64,000 nucleotides of DNA, from positions 32,001 through 96,000 of the forward strand of contig CAYSHM010000006.1 of NCBI GenBank assembly GCA_964430885.1, written 5' to 3'. Numbering within the stretch: the stretch's first letter is position 1; every line of letters starts with the position of its first letter. The notes beneath the pieces are model-generated. The model searched no databases and was not told the origin of the DNA. It saw nothing but the letters and a program-made list of their open reading frames with translations. The stretch is from an uncultured archaeon. GTDB lineage: Archaea > Thermoplasmatota > Penumbrarchaeia > JASLWR01. Below are positions 1-10,424 of the stretch, one piece after another. Made by a program: the position numbers and the translations under genes.

Positions 1-2
1 TT

Positions 3-260
3 CTGCCGGTAGCAGGTGGACTTCTGAAAAGGTATACCAAGGTGAATGACCTGGGAGCTATTACCGGAATGCTCTCCGGAGGCATCTCTGCTTTGGTCTG
101 GTATCTCAGTTATAGAAATGAATGGCTGAGCTTGAGTTGGAGCGGTTGGTTATATGATCAGGGTTTGGTCAATTCAACTCAGTTGGTTGGGTTACTGTTC
201 TGCCTTTTGGGGATGTTGTTGGGAAGTGTTGCTCATGTTAAACTTTCTAGTACAAACTGA
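3..260 (+). CDS. C-terminal fragment of a sodium:solute symporter-like membrane protein (5' truncated by window edge)
   Basis: Frame is open from position 3: LPVAGGLLKRYTKVNDLGAITGMLSGG followed by TM helices, resembling the SSS-family C-terminal P..GL..KR.N..GA..GM..G motif. Confidence 0.5.
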   Translation: MPVAGGLLKRYTKVNDLGAITGMLSGGISALVWYLSYRNEWLSLSWSGWLYDQGLVNSTQLVGLLFCLLGMLLGSVAHVKLSSTN

Positions 261-464
261 GGCTTATTCATAACCAATTCAATTAATGCCATAAACCATT
301 TTGTGAATTTTCTGGTAACCTTGGAAATACTTTTTTGGTGAATGACCAGAAAAAATATGAAAATATAATCCAAAAGGTTATTTGTTAGCTGTGTAATCAT
401 TACATGTAAACCGCTTGCTTTCTGGCAGAGGTTTACGGGCAACAACACTCAATATGGGGGTTGT

Positions 465-1403
465 TTGCATGTTATCCACGTCCATTCTGGCCGTGGTACA
501 TTGCAGACAAAGGCCATTGGGCCTTATGTTAACCTGAGTACAAAGAGGAATAACATGGTTCAGCCAAAGGAAAGAAGCTGCGCTTATAAAAAGAACAAGG
601 TTATCCAGTTTCAACACAGGGAAAAGGGTAATAAATGGGGTCACCTAGGCAGGCGTCTCGTACATATTTCATCCTCGCTTCTTGTTATTTATTTTTTGTT
701 TCCAAAGGTTGTTTTTGAGATTGGGTCATTCAAGATGTATAAAGCCCTTCTTTTATTCCTCCTTTTCGTTCTGATACCTTTACCCATTGAGATATGGCGA
801 TTGCGCAACCAGCGTGTTTTCACAATGATACGCGATACCGAGAGGAACCGTGTCGCGGCCTATATGTGGACCCTGATGGGGGCAATGGGTCTCTGCTTTC
901 TAACAGAGATTGGATTGCCCGAATTCATAGCTGCACCAATAATCATATGCGCAGCTCTTGGAGATCCTTTTTTAGGTGAGATAAGGATCATAACCGGACT
1001 TAGAAGAAGACATTACTATTCTCTATCTGTCCTGATGTGCTTTGCCATATATTTCATATGGTTAGGCAATCCATTCCTCGCTTTTCTGGCTGGCTTCTTC
1101 ACCGTTATCGGGGAGTCATTGAACCTGGAACTGACCTGGTCACTCCGGGATGAGATGCTGTACGACCTTGAACATCGGAATTTCATTCTTCGAACTACTT
1201 ACCGGGTCATCAATAAATTCAAGATATCCGGCTGTGTTTTCAGGGCCGACGACAATCTCGTTATGCAGTTGGTCCCGCTTGTGATCCTCCTGCTTCTTTT
1301 CCTGATATTTCCGGGGATATATCCTCCCAACTCCTTCATACTGGATAGCTGGCCCTCAGATTTGATCTCATCATACGGATTCGACACCCTTTTCAGAGTA
1401 TGA
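465..1403 (+). CDS. Polytopic membrane protein, dolichol/phytol kinase (CTP-dependent) family-like; true start probably downstream
   Basis: RRLVHISS, GDPFLGEIR and DDNL motifs with multiple TM segments. Confidence 0.55.
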   Translation: MHVIHVHSGRGTLQTKAIGPYVNLSTKRNNMVQPKERSCAYKKNKVIQFQHREKGNKWGHLGRRLVHISSSLLVIYFLFPKVVFEIGSFKMYKALLLFLLFVLIPLPIEIWRLRNQRVFTMIRDTERNRVAAYMWTLMGAMGLCFLTEIGLPEFIAAPIIICAALGDPFLGEIRIITGLRRRHYYSLSVLMCFAIYFIWLGNPFLAFLAGFFTVIGESLNLELTWSLRDEMLYDLEHRNFILRTTYRVINKFKISGCVFRADDNLVMQLVPLVILLLLFLIFPGIYPPNSFILDSWPSDLISSYGFDTLFRV

Positions 1404-1503
1404 AGTTTTTTTAGAAATAAATATCGTTGAACCTCAGCTGTTTGATTTGCAGATAATGTTTTATAAATTGTTTTCATTAACCATTGCCCAAAGGGGTGCT
1501 ATC

Positions 1504-3075
1504 ATGCATTGGGCAGATGTTGAAGCAGGGAAATTAATTGAAAAATACGAACCAGTAATAATTGCCACTGGAATCACGCCTTCTGGGCATATACATGTAG
1601 GAAATATGAGAGAGATACTAACCGGAGATGCGGTTTTCAGAGCGGTGAAGGACCATACTGGTGAGCCTACATTGCTGTATATTGCAGATACCTTCGATCC
1701 CCTTCGGAAGGTTTATCCTTTCCTGCCAGATAGTTATTCGGAATACGTAGGGCAGCCTATCAGCGATATACCATGCCCCTGCGGTGAGCATGAGAATTAT
1801 GCTGAACATTTCCTTGAACCTTTCATGAAGGCTGTGGAACAACTAGGTATATATCCTGTGGTCAAGAGAGTTCATGAGATGTATGATGAAGGATTGTATG
1901 CCGAGAATATAATGAAACTGATAGATAAAAAAGAAGGTGTCCGAGAGATACTGGAAAAGGTTTCAGGAAGACAGCTTCCGAAAAAATGGTTTCCCTACAC
2001 ACCCAAATGTTCGGGGTGCAATACATTCTCAAATTCGGAGGTTATCGATTTTACTGCGCCATTTGTTCACTATCGGTGTAAATGCGGTGCAGAGGACCGA
2101 TCGGATATAAGGAAGGCCCAAGGGAAATTGCCCTGGAGACTAGAATGGCCGGCCAGATGGTCATTCCTGGGGGTAACCTGCGAACCTTTCGGAAAGGACC
2201 ATGCAGCATCAGGCGGTTCATATGAATCCGGAAAGGAGATAATTGAGATGATACTCCGAGGTTCTTCCCCACATCCGGTGGTCTATGAATGGATACAGTT
2301 AAAGGGAAAAGGGGCAATGTCCTCATCGTCAGGTGTGGTAATCTCTGCAACTGACATGCTGAAAATGACCCCGCCTCAGGTCCTTAGATTTTTAGTTATG
2401 AGGGTCGACCCGCCTAAACATATAGATTTTGATTCCGGTTTCGGCCTTCTGAACCTGGTGGATGAATACGATCGCTATGAACAGAAATATTTCACCGGTG
2501 ATGACACTGAAAAGGATATCGAGGACAGGAATCGTGCTTTCGAGTTTTCTCAGGTGGAAACCGAGGGTCTTAAACAAAGGGGTTTGGAAAGGACTGTTTC
2601 CTACCGGCATCTGGTATCACTAGTGCAGATTGATCCCTCCGAAAAAGAGGTCTTTGAGAGGGTTAAAAGGACCGAAGGGATTACTGAACTGAATGAGGAC
2701 GAGGAGTCTAGGTTACTGGAGCGGATGAGGTGTGTGAAATATTGGGTGGATAACTATTCACCTGCATCGGTAAGATTTTCATTGAAGAGGGAATTTCAAG
2801 AGCTCATGGTCAAGGATTTCGGGGATTATGAAGCGGATATTATCCGCACCCTTCTGGCTGAACTGTCAACCGTTAAATGGGATGCTGAAGAAATACATCA
2901 GGCATGCTACAGGGTAAAGGAAAAGTTGAACGTTAAGCCTACGGATGTTTTTTCTCTCTTGTACGGTATCCTGCTGAATCAGAAAAGAGGTCCCCGTTTG
3001 GGTTATTTCCTCAGTTCGCTGGAAAGGGATTTCATTACAGGCAGATTATCTGAAGCCTTGGATAATATAAACTGA
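1504..3075 (+). CDS. lysS: Class I lysyl-tRNA synthetase
   Basis: HWAD start, TGITPSGHIHVGN (HIGH-like), KLPWRLEWPARW, EPFGKDH, MSSSSG (KMSKS-like), GPRLG. Confidence 0.97.
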   Translation: MHWADVEAGKLIEKYEPVIIATGITPSGHIHVGNMREILTGDAVFRAVKDHTGEPTLLYIADTFDPLRKVYPFLPDSYSEYVGQPISDIPCPCGEHENYAEHFLEPFMKAVEQLGIYPVVKRVHEMYDEGLYAENIMKLIDKKEGVREILEKVSGRQLPKKWFPYTPKCSGCNTFSNSEVIDFTAPFVHYRCKCGAEDRSDIRKAQGKLPWRLEWPARWSFLGVTCEPFGKDHAASGGSYESGKEIIEMILRGSSPHPVVYEWIQLKGKGAMSSSSGVVISATDMLKMTPPQVLRFLVMRVDPPKHIDFDSGFGLLNLVDEYDRYEQKYFTGDDTEKDIEDRNRAFEFSQVETEGLKQRGLERTVSYRHLVSLVQIDPSEKEVFERVKRTEGITELNEDEESRLLERMRCVKYWVDNYSPASVRFSLKREFQELMVKDFGDYEADIIRTLLAELSTVKWDAEEIHQACYRVKEKLNVKPTDVFSLLYGILLNQKRGPRLGYFLSSLERDFITGRLSEALDNIN

Positions 3076-3186
3076 CCAGAAGAAGTATATTCCAATGAAG
3101 GATAGTATTCATCAATCAATTTATTTTAATCTTTAAGGGATTTGTATATCCCAAACATGTTCATCAAATATCACGGGGTCAACCTG

Positions 3187-4392
3187 ATGCTAAAGGTTCT
3201 TGTTATTGCACCTACAATGTATTTTTCAGACCGAGGATGTCATATCAGGATCTACGAGGAATCCAAGGCGCTGAGGGATATGGGGCACGAATTAACTCTT
3301 TTAACCTATCACAGCGGTAGGGATATTGGAGAAATTGATACCCTGCGTATCTGGAAAACACCATGGTATGGGAAGCTGGTGGCAGGCCCTTCTTTTCACT
3401 TCCTGTATATGGATACTATGCTTTTTCTGCGAAGTTTGATGGTACTGAAAAGGCACAGATTCGATATGATCCACGCACATCTTCATGAAGGAGCTTTCAT
3501 CGCCAGTAAACTTCAGGATATGTGCGGTGGAAACATACCTTATGTTTTTGATGCTCAGGGTTCTCTGTCAGGTGAGATGCAGGCCCATGGTTTTGTTCAG
3601 AAGGGGTCATTGTCCCATAGATTTTGGGAATCCTTGGAGCACAGAATAAACAGGAGAGCCCCCTATATAATAACTTCCTCGGGAGATCTCATGCAGAAAA
3701 TGGCAGGTACCGCTAGAAGGAAAAGGATCCGCTGTATAGCTGATGGCGTTGATATCAATCGCTTCATTCCCCGGGAAGATCACCCTGAAAACGGAAATAA
3801 ATTGATCCGCCTTAGAGGCAAATTGGGTATTCCCAAAGGAAGAAAAGTGGTGATATATCTTGGAGGTATGGATCGTTATAAGGGAGTATACAAACTTTTA
3901 GAGAGTGCCAAGCATGTTCTGAAGGGAAGTGAGGATAGGAAGGTTCATTTCCTTCTAATGGGTTATCCCGGCCAAGAGGCGGCCAGGGAAAAGGCAGAGA
4001 GGATGGGAATTGGAGATCATGTAACGGTTCTCGGGCGGATAGGCTATTTCCAGGCCCATAAATATTTGGCTCTGGGTGATGTGGCGGCAGCCCCTAAACT
4101 ATTGGGTTGGGGTGAAGCCAACGGGAAGGTCCTGAACTACATGGGATGCGGACTTCCGGTGGTAGCGTTCGATCATTCCATCAACAGAGAGATGCTGGGA
4201 GATCACGGTATCTATGCACGTATTGGTGATGCGGATGATCTTGGTGATAAAATACTCGGTATCCTCACCGATAGTGATAAGGGTAAAAGGATAGGGTCAG
4301 CACTAAGGAACAAAGCGATTGCCGATCATACCTGGTCAAAGGCTGCAAGAAGTATATCGGAAGTATATGACCTTTTATTGAATAAGAAATAG
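3187..4392 (+). CDS. Glycosyltransferase family 4 (GT-B)
   Basis: IHAHLHEG, DGVDINRF, YLGGMDRYKG, KVLNYMGCGLPVVAFD. Confidence 0.9.
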   Translation: MLKVLVIAPTMYFSDRGCHIRIYEESKALRDMGHELTLLTYHSGRDIGEIDTLRIWKTPWYGKLVAGPSFHFLYMDTMLFLRSLMVLKRHRFDMIHAHLHEGAFIASKLQDMCGGNIPYVFDAQGSLSGEMQAHGFVQKGSLSHRFWESLEHRINRRAPYIITSSGDLMQKMAGTARRKRIRCIADGVDINRFIPREDHPENGNKLIRLRGKLGIPKGRKVVIYLGGMDRYKGVYKLLESAKHVLKGSEDRKVHFLLMGYPGQEAAREKAERMGIGDHVTVLGRIGYFQAHKYLALGDVAAAPKLLGWGEANGKVLNYMGCGLPVVAFDHSINREMLGDHGIYARIGDADDLGDKILGILTDSDKGKRIGSALRNKAIADHTWSKAARSISEVYDLLLNKK

Positions 4393-4445
4393 AATGAAGA
4401 TTTAAATAAGGGACTAATAATCCATTTAATGTCCGAATAAGCTGT

Positions 4446-5033
4446 TCATCCTGTCACAATGGGTTCCAGGTAATCATATTCGATATCCACGGAAAAATCG
4501 TTGCCTGTGTCCCAGTATGATATGAAGGGCCCTACAAAAGGGAACTGATCATAAGTACCGCACTCAATACATGCGACGGTTACTGAGAAGGCGTCCCCTA
4601 TACCCTGGGGCACATCCTGATCCGCGGTTTCATTCTCATCGGTGGAGTTACCTGCCGTATCTACACCCAACTTAAGCTCAATTCTTCCCGTACCATCTTG
4701 TTTAGATACACTGTTGGAGCCTGCAGAAATAGTCAATGAAAAAACATCGTAAATATCCTGGGAGTCGGAACCGTGATGGTCATCGGTCCAGGTTAAAATG
4801 GCCTTGACACCCACTAGGATAGAACCATTCATATCATAGTCGAATTGACTGTTGATGTTCCCGCTGGGATCCCATTCCGGATTATCAAGATGCCCGAATT
4901 TTTGGTCCTTCTCAGTGATAGATTCGTATTCAGGTCCGCTGTCAATAACTTTCTTATCAGTACAGCCCATAAAGGTCACGGATGCCAAACTGCAAATTGT
5001 GAGAAATAATACGATATAGGATACTTTATTCAT
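4446..5033 (-). CDS. Putative lipoprotein with an acidic beta-sandwich-like domain
   Basis: Signal peptide ending in lipobox-like FMGC; 195 aa ORF. Confidence 0.65.
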   Translation of the reverse strand: MNKVSYIVLFLTICSLASVTFMGCTDKKVIDSGPEYESITEKDQKFGHLDNPEWDPSGNINSQFDYDMNGSILVGVKAILTWTDDHHGSDSQDIYDVFSLTISAGSNSVSKQDGTGRIELKLGVDTAGNSTDENETADQDVPQGIGDAFSVTVACIECGTYDQFPFVGPFISYWDTGNDFSVDIEYDYLEPIVTG

Positions 5034-5339
5034 TCTAATTCACTCCAATTCATTAGATAATAAATATCGATAATACCTGCTATTGATTTAAACGTATCTG
5101 TTTCTTCTGTTATGAAATTTATGTTCATATGGGAATGTAAATAGAATGAGCTCATAGAGGGAATATTAATAATAATAGGTAAAGCCAGCCATTTTTCATG
5201 AAAATAAATGGGAAAATGTTTGGGAGTAAGTTCTGCCTTGATGCTTTTATACTATTATGGTAATTAATATGTCTTTGAAAGAAGCTGATAATTTAGTGTA
5301 AGATCAATGTGATGAAATAGATAATGATGGGTTTTGACC

Positions 5340-6056
5340 ATGATAAATGTCGATAGTAGTGTTTATAAGAGAGGTGCAGAAGCAGAGATACGTTTTGTTG
5401 ATTTCCTCGGTGAAAAGGCCATTGCCAAATTCAGAATTCCAAAGGGTTACAGGATCCCGCAGATTGATGGAAAACTGAGAAGGGAAAGGACCCGAAGGGA
5501 AGCTAGATTAATAAATGCGGTAAAATATCTCGGTATTCCCTGCCCGTTCATCTATCATATCGATACAGATAAAGGACTCTTGATAATGGAATATATTGAA
5601 GGTCCCAGGCTGCGGGACCTGCTTTTGGAGATATCCCAGGGGAATTTCAGAGATGAGCTGAAAGCAGGGTTATTTCAACATATATTGGTAGTCATCGGAG
5701 GCCATATTGGTCGGCTTCATTCAAATGCAATAACTCACGGCGATCTTACCACGTCCAATATGCTGCTTAAAAAGGAATCACATCATCTGATCATTGAAAA
5801 AATGGGGAAGGGAATCATACCAGGGCCGGATGATTTTGAAATATATTTCATCGATATGTCCCTGGGTGAAAAGGATGCCATCCTCGAGGATATCGGTGAG
5901 GATCTGGATGTTTTTCAAAAGGCTTTCGAGAGCACGCATCCTGAACTTCTCTTCCACCTTAATTCTTTCTGGTCGGCTTATTCCATTGAAAATGATGATC
6001 ACAACTTGGTGAAGAAGAAATTGGCAGAAATCAAGAAAAGGGCTCGATACAGATAG
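5340..6056 (+). CDS. bud32: KEOPS complex kinase Bud32
   Basis: RGAEA, K.R.PKGYR, RTRREAR, HGDLTTSN, C-terminal RARY. Confidence 0.95.
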   Translation: MINVDSSVYKRGAEAEIRFVDFLGEKAIAKFRIPKGYRIPQIDGKLRRERTRREARLINAVKYLGIPCPFIYHIDTDKGLLIMEYIEGPRLRDLLLEISQGNFRDELKAGLFQHILVVIGGHIGRLHSNAITHGDLTTSNMLLKKESHHLIIEKMGKGIIPGPDDFEIYFIDMSLGEKDAILEDIGEDLDVFQKAFESTHPELLFHLNSFWSAYSIENDDHNLVKKKLAEIKKRARYR

Positions 6057-6124
6057 AAATTAAAGGAAAATTGATTGATGCGAGAAATTTATAGAGGCGG
6101 GGGATTTTTAAAAAAACCTCAAGG

Positions 6125-6694
6125 TTGATGAAAATGAAACTGGCAGTGATGACCGGTAATCCCGGGAAAATGATAGAGATAAAAGGTCTATTGGAACCCT
6201 TGGGTATTGTCACGGTCCAAAGGGATATGGACTACCCGGAGATCCAGAGCTCTGAGCTCAGAGAAGTTGTAAAGGCAGGTGCTGATTGGTTGATGGAAAG
6301 GCAGAAATGCCCTTTTATCCTAGACGATTCAGGGCTGTTCATCAATGCTCACGGCGGTTTTCCCGGAGTATATTCCTCATATGTCCACAAATCCATCGGC
6401 AACAAGGGAATATTGAGATTAATGGAAAGAGTAAGGGATAGAACCGCGGTATTCAGAACCGTAATTGGTCTAATGAAAGATAAGGATCGCTTGGAATTTT
6501 TCATTGGAGAATGCCGAGGCTCCATTACCACAGAGGAAGAAGGCGATCAGGGTTTCGGATATGATCCTATTTTTAAGCCTGAGGGTATGGAAGTCACCTT
6601 TGCCAATATGTCCACCGCTCAGAAGAACTCCTGCTCCCACAGAGGCAAAGCCTTGAAGCGGCTCAGGGAACATCTCAAGGCGTATTCATTTTGA
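6125..6694 (+). CDS. rdgB: Non-canonical purine NTP pyrophosphatase (RdgB/Ham1)
   Basis: TGNPGK, DDSGL, FPGVYS, GFGYDPIF, SHRGKAL. Confidence 0.95.
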   Translation: MMKMKLAVMTGNPGKMIEIKGLLEPLGIVTVQRDMDYPEIQSSELREVVKAGADWLMERQKCPFILDDSGLFINAHGGFPGVYSSYVHKSIGNKGILRLMERVRDRTAVFRTVIGLMKDKDRLEFFIGECRGSITTEEEGDQGFGYDPIFKPEGMEVTFANMSTAQKNSCSHRGKALKRLREHLKAYSF

Positions 6695-6863
6695 TGTTCA
6701 AGAATTATCAATACCTCAGGTCATAGGCTTTTCTCTTAAAGGATGATAATTATTTAGAGAAAGAACCATTATTTTTATTGTTATGAAAAACTCCGATGGT
6801 CAGGTCAAATTTATTTTATACCAGTTCATATATGTTCAATCAGAATAATAGCTATGATATTTC

Positions 6864-7226
6864 ATGGAGGAACCTTACATGGAGATAGTAAGACATCAGA
6901 GCGATGTAGTGAAGGAAGAGGTCACCCTTGAGGGTGTCAAGAACTGCAATATCCAATGGCTTCTAAAGACCGCTGACGGGATGCCCAACTTCCAGATGAG
7001 GCGTTTTACAATGGGACCCGGTGGAATAATACCCCTTCATTCACATGAATGGGAACATGAGGTCTTTGTACTTTCAGGAAAAGGTGAACTTCTGAACAAG
7101 GATGGAGGAGTGCCCGTGGAAGCTGGAAGCGTTGCTTATGTTGACGGTGTGGAACCCCACGGTTTCAAGAATACCGGCTCCGAGGACTTCATTTTTCTCT
7201 GTATGATACCAAATGAAGAATATTGA
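6864..7226 (+). CDS. Cupin domain protein
   Basis: PLHSHEWEHEVFVLSGKG and PHGFKN cupin motifs. Confidence 0.9.
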   Translation: MEEPYMEIVRHQSDVVKEEVTLEGVKNCNIQWLLKTADGMPNFQMRRFTMGPGGIIPLHSHEWEHEVFVLSGKGELLNKDGGVPVEAGSVAYVDGVEPHGFKNTGSEDFIFLCMIPNEEY

Positions 7227-7326
7227 AACGCTGTTTTGAACTGCCAATTCGATCATTGCTTCAGCCAAATTGGTTTTTGCATATATGTCAAATCGATCCC
7301 AGGCGTAAAATAAGGAGATGTAGGTT

Positions 7327-8040
7327 TTGTTTATCAGTTCCATAGTTTTGGCAGCGGGTCTATCCAGAAGGATGGGAAGCGGGAAAAACAAGGTTCTGTC
7401 CTATCTTGATGGAGAAGAAGGTGCAGAGTACACCACTGTTCTAGGCTGTTTACTCAGATCCATTCATAGAAGCTTGGTGAACGAGATCATAGTTGTCACG
7501 GGTTACTGCGGTCAGGAGGTTGAAGGAGCGATTGCAAAAGAAATGGAACAGGTCATTGAAAAACCCCTGACCTTCATACATAATCCTAATTATAAGGATG
7601 GTATGGCAGTATCCTTTGCCAAGGGTGCAGGGGCCATATCCCCCAATGCAGATGCATTTCTCATGTTTCTAGGTGATCAGCCTCTTGTGAAATGGAAAAC
7701 CATAGATAGTATAATCCATCGATTTATTGAATTAAGGAATAATGAACCTGGAACAGGTGTGTGGGATGGATTGGATGACGGAGATGATGATACGGAAAAC
7801 AATGATGAAGGAAAAGTAGTTATTCATCCCCGCTATAACGGAAAAAAAGGACATCCAGTATTATTCTCAAACCGTTTAAGAAGCGAGGTGATGGCTCTGG
7901 GACCCGAGGATCAGCCCCGATATATTACTTGGAAATACCGCAAAAAGGCAGATATCCTTGATGTTGATGATAGAGGTATATGTATGGATATAGATGAGGT
8001 GGGTGATCTTAGAGAGGTTAGAAAACTCTATTTAAATTAA
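7327..8040 (+). CDS. MocA/MobA-like nucleotidyltransferase (NTP_transf_3)
   Basis: LAAGLSRRMG..K, NPNYKDGM, LGDQP, GHPVLF, DID. Confidence 0.88.
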   Translation: MFISSIVLAAGLSRRMGSGKNKVLSYLDGEEGAEYTTVLGCLLRSIHRSLVNEIIVVTGYCGQEVEGAIAKEMEQVIEKPLTFIHNPNYKDGMAVSFAKGAGAISPNADAFLMFLGDQPLVKWKTIDSIIHRFIELRNNEPGTGVWDGLDDGDDDTENNDEGKVVIHPRYNGKKGHPVLFSNRLRSEVMALGPEDQPRYITWKYRKKADILDVDDRGICMDIDEVGDLREVRKLYLN

Positions 8041-8138
8041 ACTCCTGCAAATAAGTGTATAAATTAGCAGTTAGCTAATACAGATGATGACTGAATAGAG
8101 GACAAATACCCAATTATTAAAAAAGCATTAACCTGGAG

Positions 8139-8155
8139 TAAACATTTTTATATAG
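8139..8155 (+). promoter_or_regulatory. Putative archaeal BRE/TATA promoter for rpl15-secY
   Basis: TAAACATTTTTATATAG about 75 nt upstream of the uL15 ATG. Confidence 0.4.
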
Positions 8156-8227
8156 CATTTATATTATGTGGTGGGTTCAAATCGGAATTGTGCGCATGGG
8201 AAAAATAGACTAAAAGGTGTGAAGTGT

Positions 8228-8659
8228 ATGGTTAGAAAGACAGATAGATTCAGGGGACGAAGTCGGACGCACGGAAGGGGTAAGAAAGCGGGTCGAGGAG
8301 CTGGTAAAAGAGGCGGAAGAGGAAACGCAGGAATGAAAAAGCATCATTTTCTTCTAGTTACTAAATATAACAAGAAATATTTCGGTCGCCATGGATTCAA
8401 GAGACATAATTACATTGTTAAAAATCCAAAGACAATCAATTTAATGACTCTTCAGAATGTGATCCCAACACTAATAAAAGAGGGGAAGGCCAAGACCAAA
8501 GGCGATTCGATCTATATTGACCTGGATAAAAGCGGTTATGAGAAACTTCTTTCCAAAGGTACAATAGATAAGAAAATTCATGTCAAGATCAAATCCGCAA
8601 GTCCCGGTGCTATCAAGAAGATCGAGAATGCCAATGGCCAAGTTAAACTGCTTTCATGA
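8228..8659 (+). CDS. rpl15: 50S ribosomal protein uL15 (archaeal)
   Basis: RGRSRTHGRG..AGRGAGKRGGRGNAG, FGRHGF, KIENANG. Confidence 0.96.
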   Translation: MVRKTDRFRGRSRTHGRGKKAGRGAGKRGGRGNAGMKKHHFLLVTKYNKKYFGRHGFKRHNYIVKNPKTINLMTLQNVIPTLIKEGKAKTKGDSIYIDLDKSGYEKLLSKGTIDKKIHVKIKSASPGAIKKIENANGQVKLLS

Positions 8660-8718
8660 GCAGTTATGTTGACTTACAGGATTGGAGAACGTTCCTTTAT
8701 CGAAAATGGTGAAACTGG

Positions 8719-10266
8719 ATGGTCAAAGTAGAGAAAGGCAAGAGCAGACTGTATTATTTAGAACCCATAATCAAGCGCTATCCTGCTATAAAGAAGCCAG
8801 TGGGTCATGTTCACTTCAGAAAAAAAATGCTCTGGACAGTAGGTATACTACTGTTCTACTTTATGATGACCAATGTCATGATATACGGACTTGGAGAGAG
8901 CATGGATATGTTCTCCGAGTTCAGAGCCATAATGGCTGGAGCATCCGGAAGTTTGATGCATCTTGGTATTGGTCCCATAGTGACAGCTTCCATTATAATG
9001 CAGCTTTTCTCGGGTGCCAAGATATTGAAACTGGATATGACCGACCCCGAGGACAAGGCCATTTACCAGGGAACCCAGAAGATCCTCGTAGTGGTGATGA
9101 TATTCATCGAGGCAATTCCGCAGGTTTACGGTTATCTTGATCCGTCAGGATCTTTCACAAATGCAGTAGGACCCGGATGGGCGAAGTTCTTAATAGTCAT
9201 TCAGCTTGCCATAGGTTCCTATATAGTGTTCCTGATGGATGAGATAGTGTCCAAATGGGGTATCGGAAGCGGAATTTCAATGTTCATCTGTGCAGGTGTA
9301 GCCCAGGCAATATTCACAGGTACTTTGAACTGGATGCCTACAAACGCCGGGGAGCCTCTCAGTTTGACCAATCCTCCCTCAGGAGTTATTCCCAAGACAG
9401 TATATTTCCTCAACAACATGAGTTTGAGCAATCTTTCAGGAGGTGGTTTTGAAAGGCTGTTCCTTCAACCTCCCAACGCGTTCTTCTATCTGATCGCTAC
9501 AGTGGTAATATTCCTGATAGTTGCCTATGCGGAATCTACTAGGATCGAGATTCCATTATCTCACGGAAGGGTCCGAGGCGCTAGAGGCCGTTATCCTATA
9601 AGATTGATTTATGCTTCAAATATACCTGTGATATTGATGTCAGCTTTATTGGCCAATATCAATATGTTCTCACTCCTTTTCTGGAATCATCCCACTATGA
9701 GCAAGATACCGCTGCTTGGCCACAAGTGGTGGATAGGCGGTTTCCATCCCGGCGAGACCCAGCCTTATAGCGGAGGGGCGTGGTATGTGTCAAGAGTTAA
9801 TGGTGTGCATCAGTGGCTGCTGCCGATTTTGAACTGGGATACGTACAGCGTGTATGTACCCGATCACGAATACTGGCAGGTCTGGGTCCATGTTCTGGTC
9901 TATGCGGGTATAATGATCTTCGGAAGCATACTATTCGCCAAGTTCTGGATAGAGACCACCAACATGGGTCCCGAGGATGTAGCTAAACAGATACAGAACA
10001 GCGGAATGCAGATACCGGGTTTCAGACGGGATCCGCGTGTTCTCAAGAAAGTGCTGAAAAGATACATTCCAATGGTGACAATAATATCCGGTGCTTTCGT
10101 GGGTGCCATAGCAGCTTTTGCCGATATGATCGGCACTGTTGGAAATACTTCGGGTACTGGAGTGCTTCTAGCCGTAGGTATCATCATACGTCTTTACGAG
10201 GAAATCGGTAAGGAGCAGATGATGGAAATGCATCCAGTCCTTAGAGGATTCTTCGGTAATGAGTAA
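8719..10266 (+). CDS. secY: Protein translocase subunit SecY (archaeal)
   Basis: LGIGPIVTAS, KWGIGSGISMFI, YASNIPVIL, QIPGFRR, GTGVLLAVGI. Confidence 0.98.
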   Translation: MVKVEKGKSRLYYLEPIIKRYPAIKKPVGHVHFRKKMLWTVGILLFYFMMTNVMIYGLGESMDMFSEFRAIMAGASGSLMHLGIGPIVTASIIMQLFSGAKILKLDMTDPEDKAIYQGTQKILVVVMIFIEAIPQVYGYLDPSGSFTNAVGPGWAKFLIVIQLAIGSYIVFLMDEIVSKWGIGSGISMFICAGVAQAIFTGTLNWMPTNAGEPLSLTNPPSGVIPKTVYFLNNMSLSNLSGGGFERLFLQPPNAFFYLIATVVIFLIVAYAESTRIEIPLSHGRVRGARGRYPIRLIYASNIPVILMSALLANINMFSLLFWNHPTMSKIPLLGHKWWIGGFHPGETQPYSGGAWYVSRVNGVHQWLLPILNWDTYSVYVPDHEYWQVWVHVLVYAGIMIFGSILFAKFWIETTNMGPEDVAKQIQNSGMQIPGFRRDPRVLKKVLKRYIPMVTIISGAFVGAIAAFADMIGTVGNTSGTGVLLAVGIIIRLYEEIGKEQMMEMHPVLRGFFGNE

Positions 10267-10424
10267 TTGGAGCAAAGCGGTCTCCCATTACTCCTTTTCT
10301 TTTTCTTGGCCATTACTAGAAGCGGTGTTGATTTGATATAAAATGATAAACAATCATGAATATGCTCATTTAAGTTTGAATTAATTCTTCTATTTTATAA
10401 GAATCCAACTACACTACCAAGGAT

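Noticed and set aside
8682-9140. 152 aa alternative-frame ORF, representative of the many short antisense or overlapping ORFs in the track
   Set aside because: Overlap well-supported genes (here secY) and have no recognisable motifs
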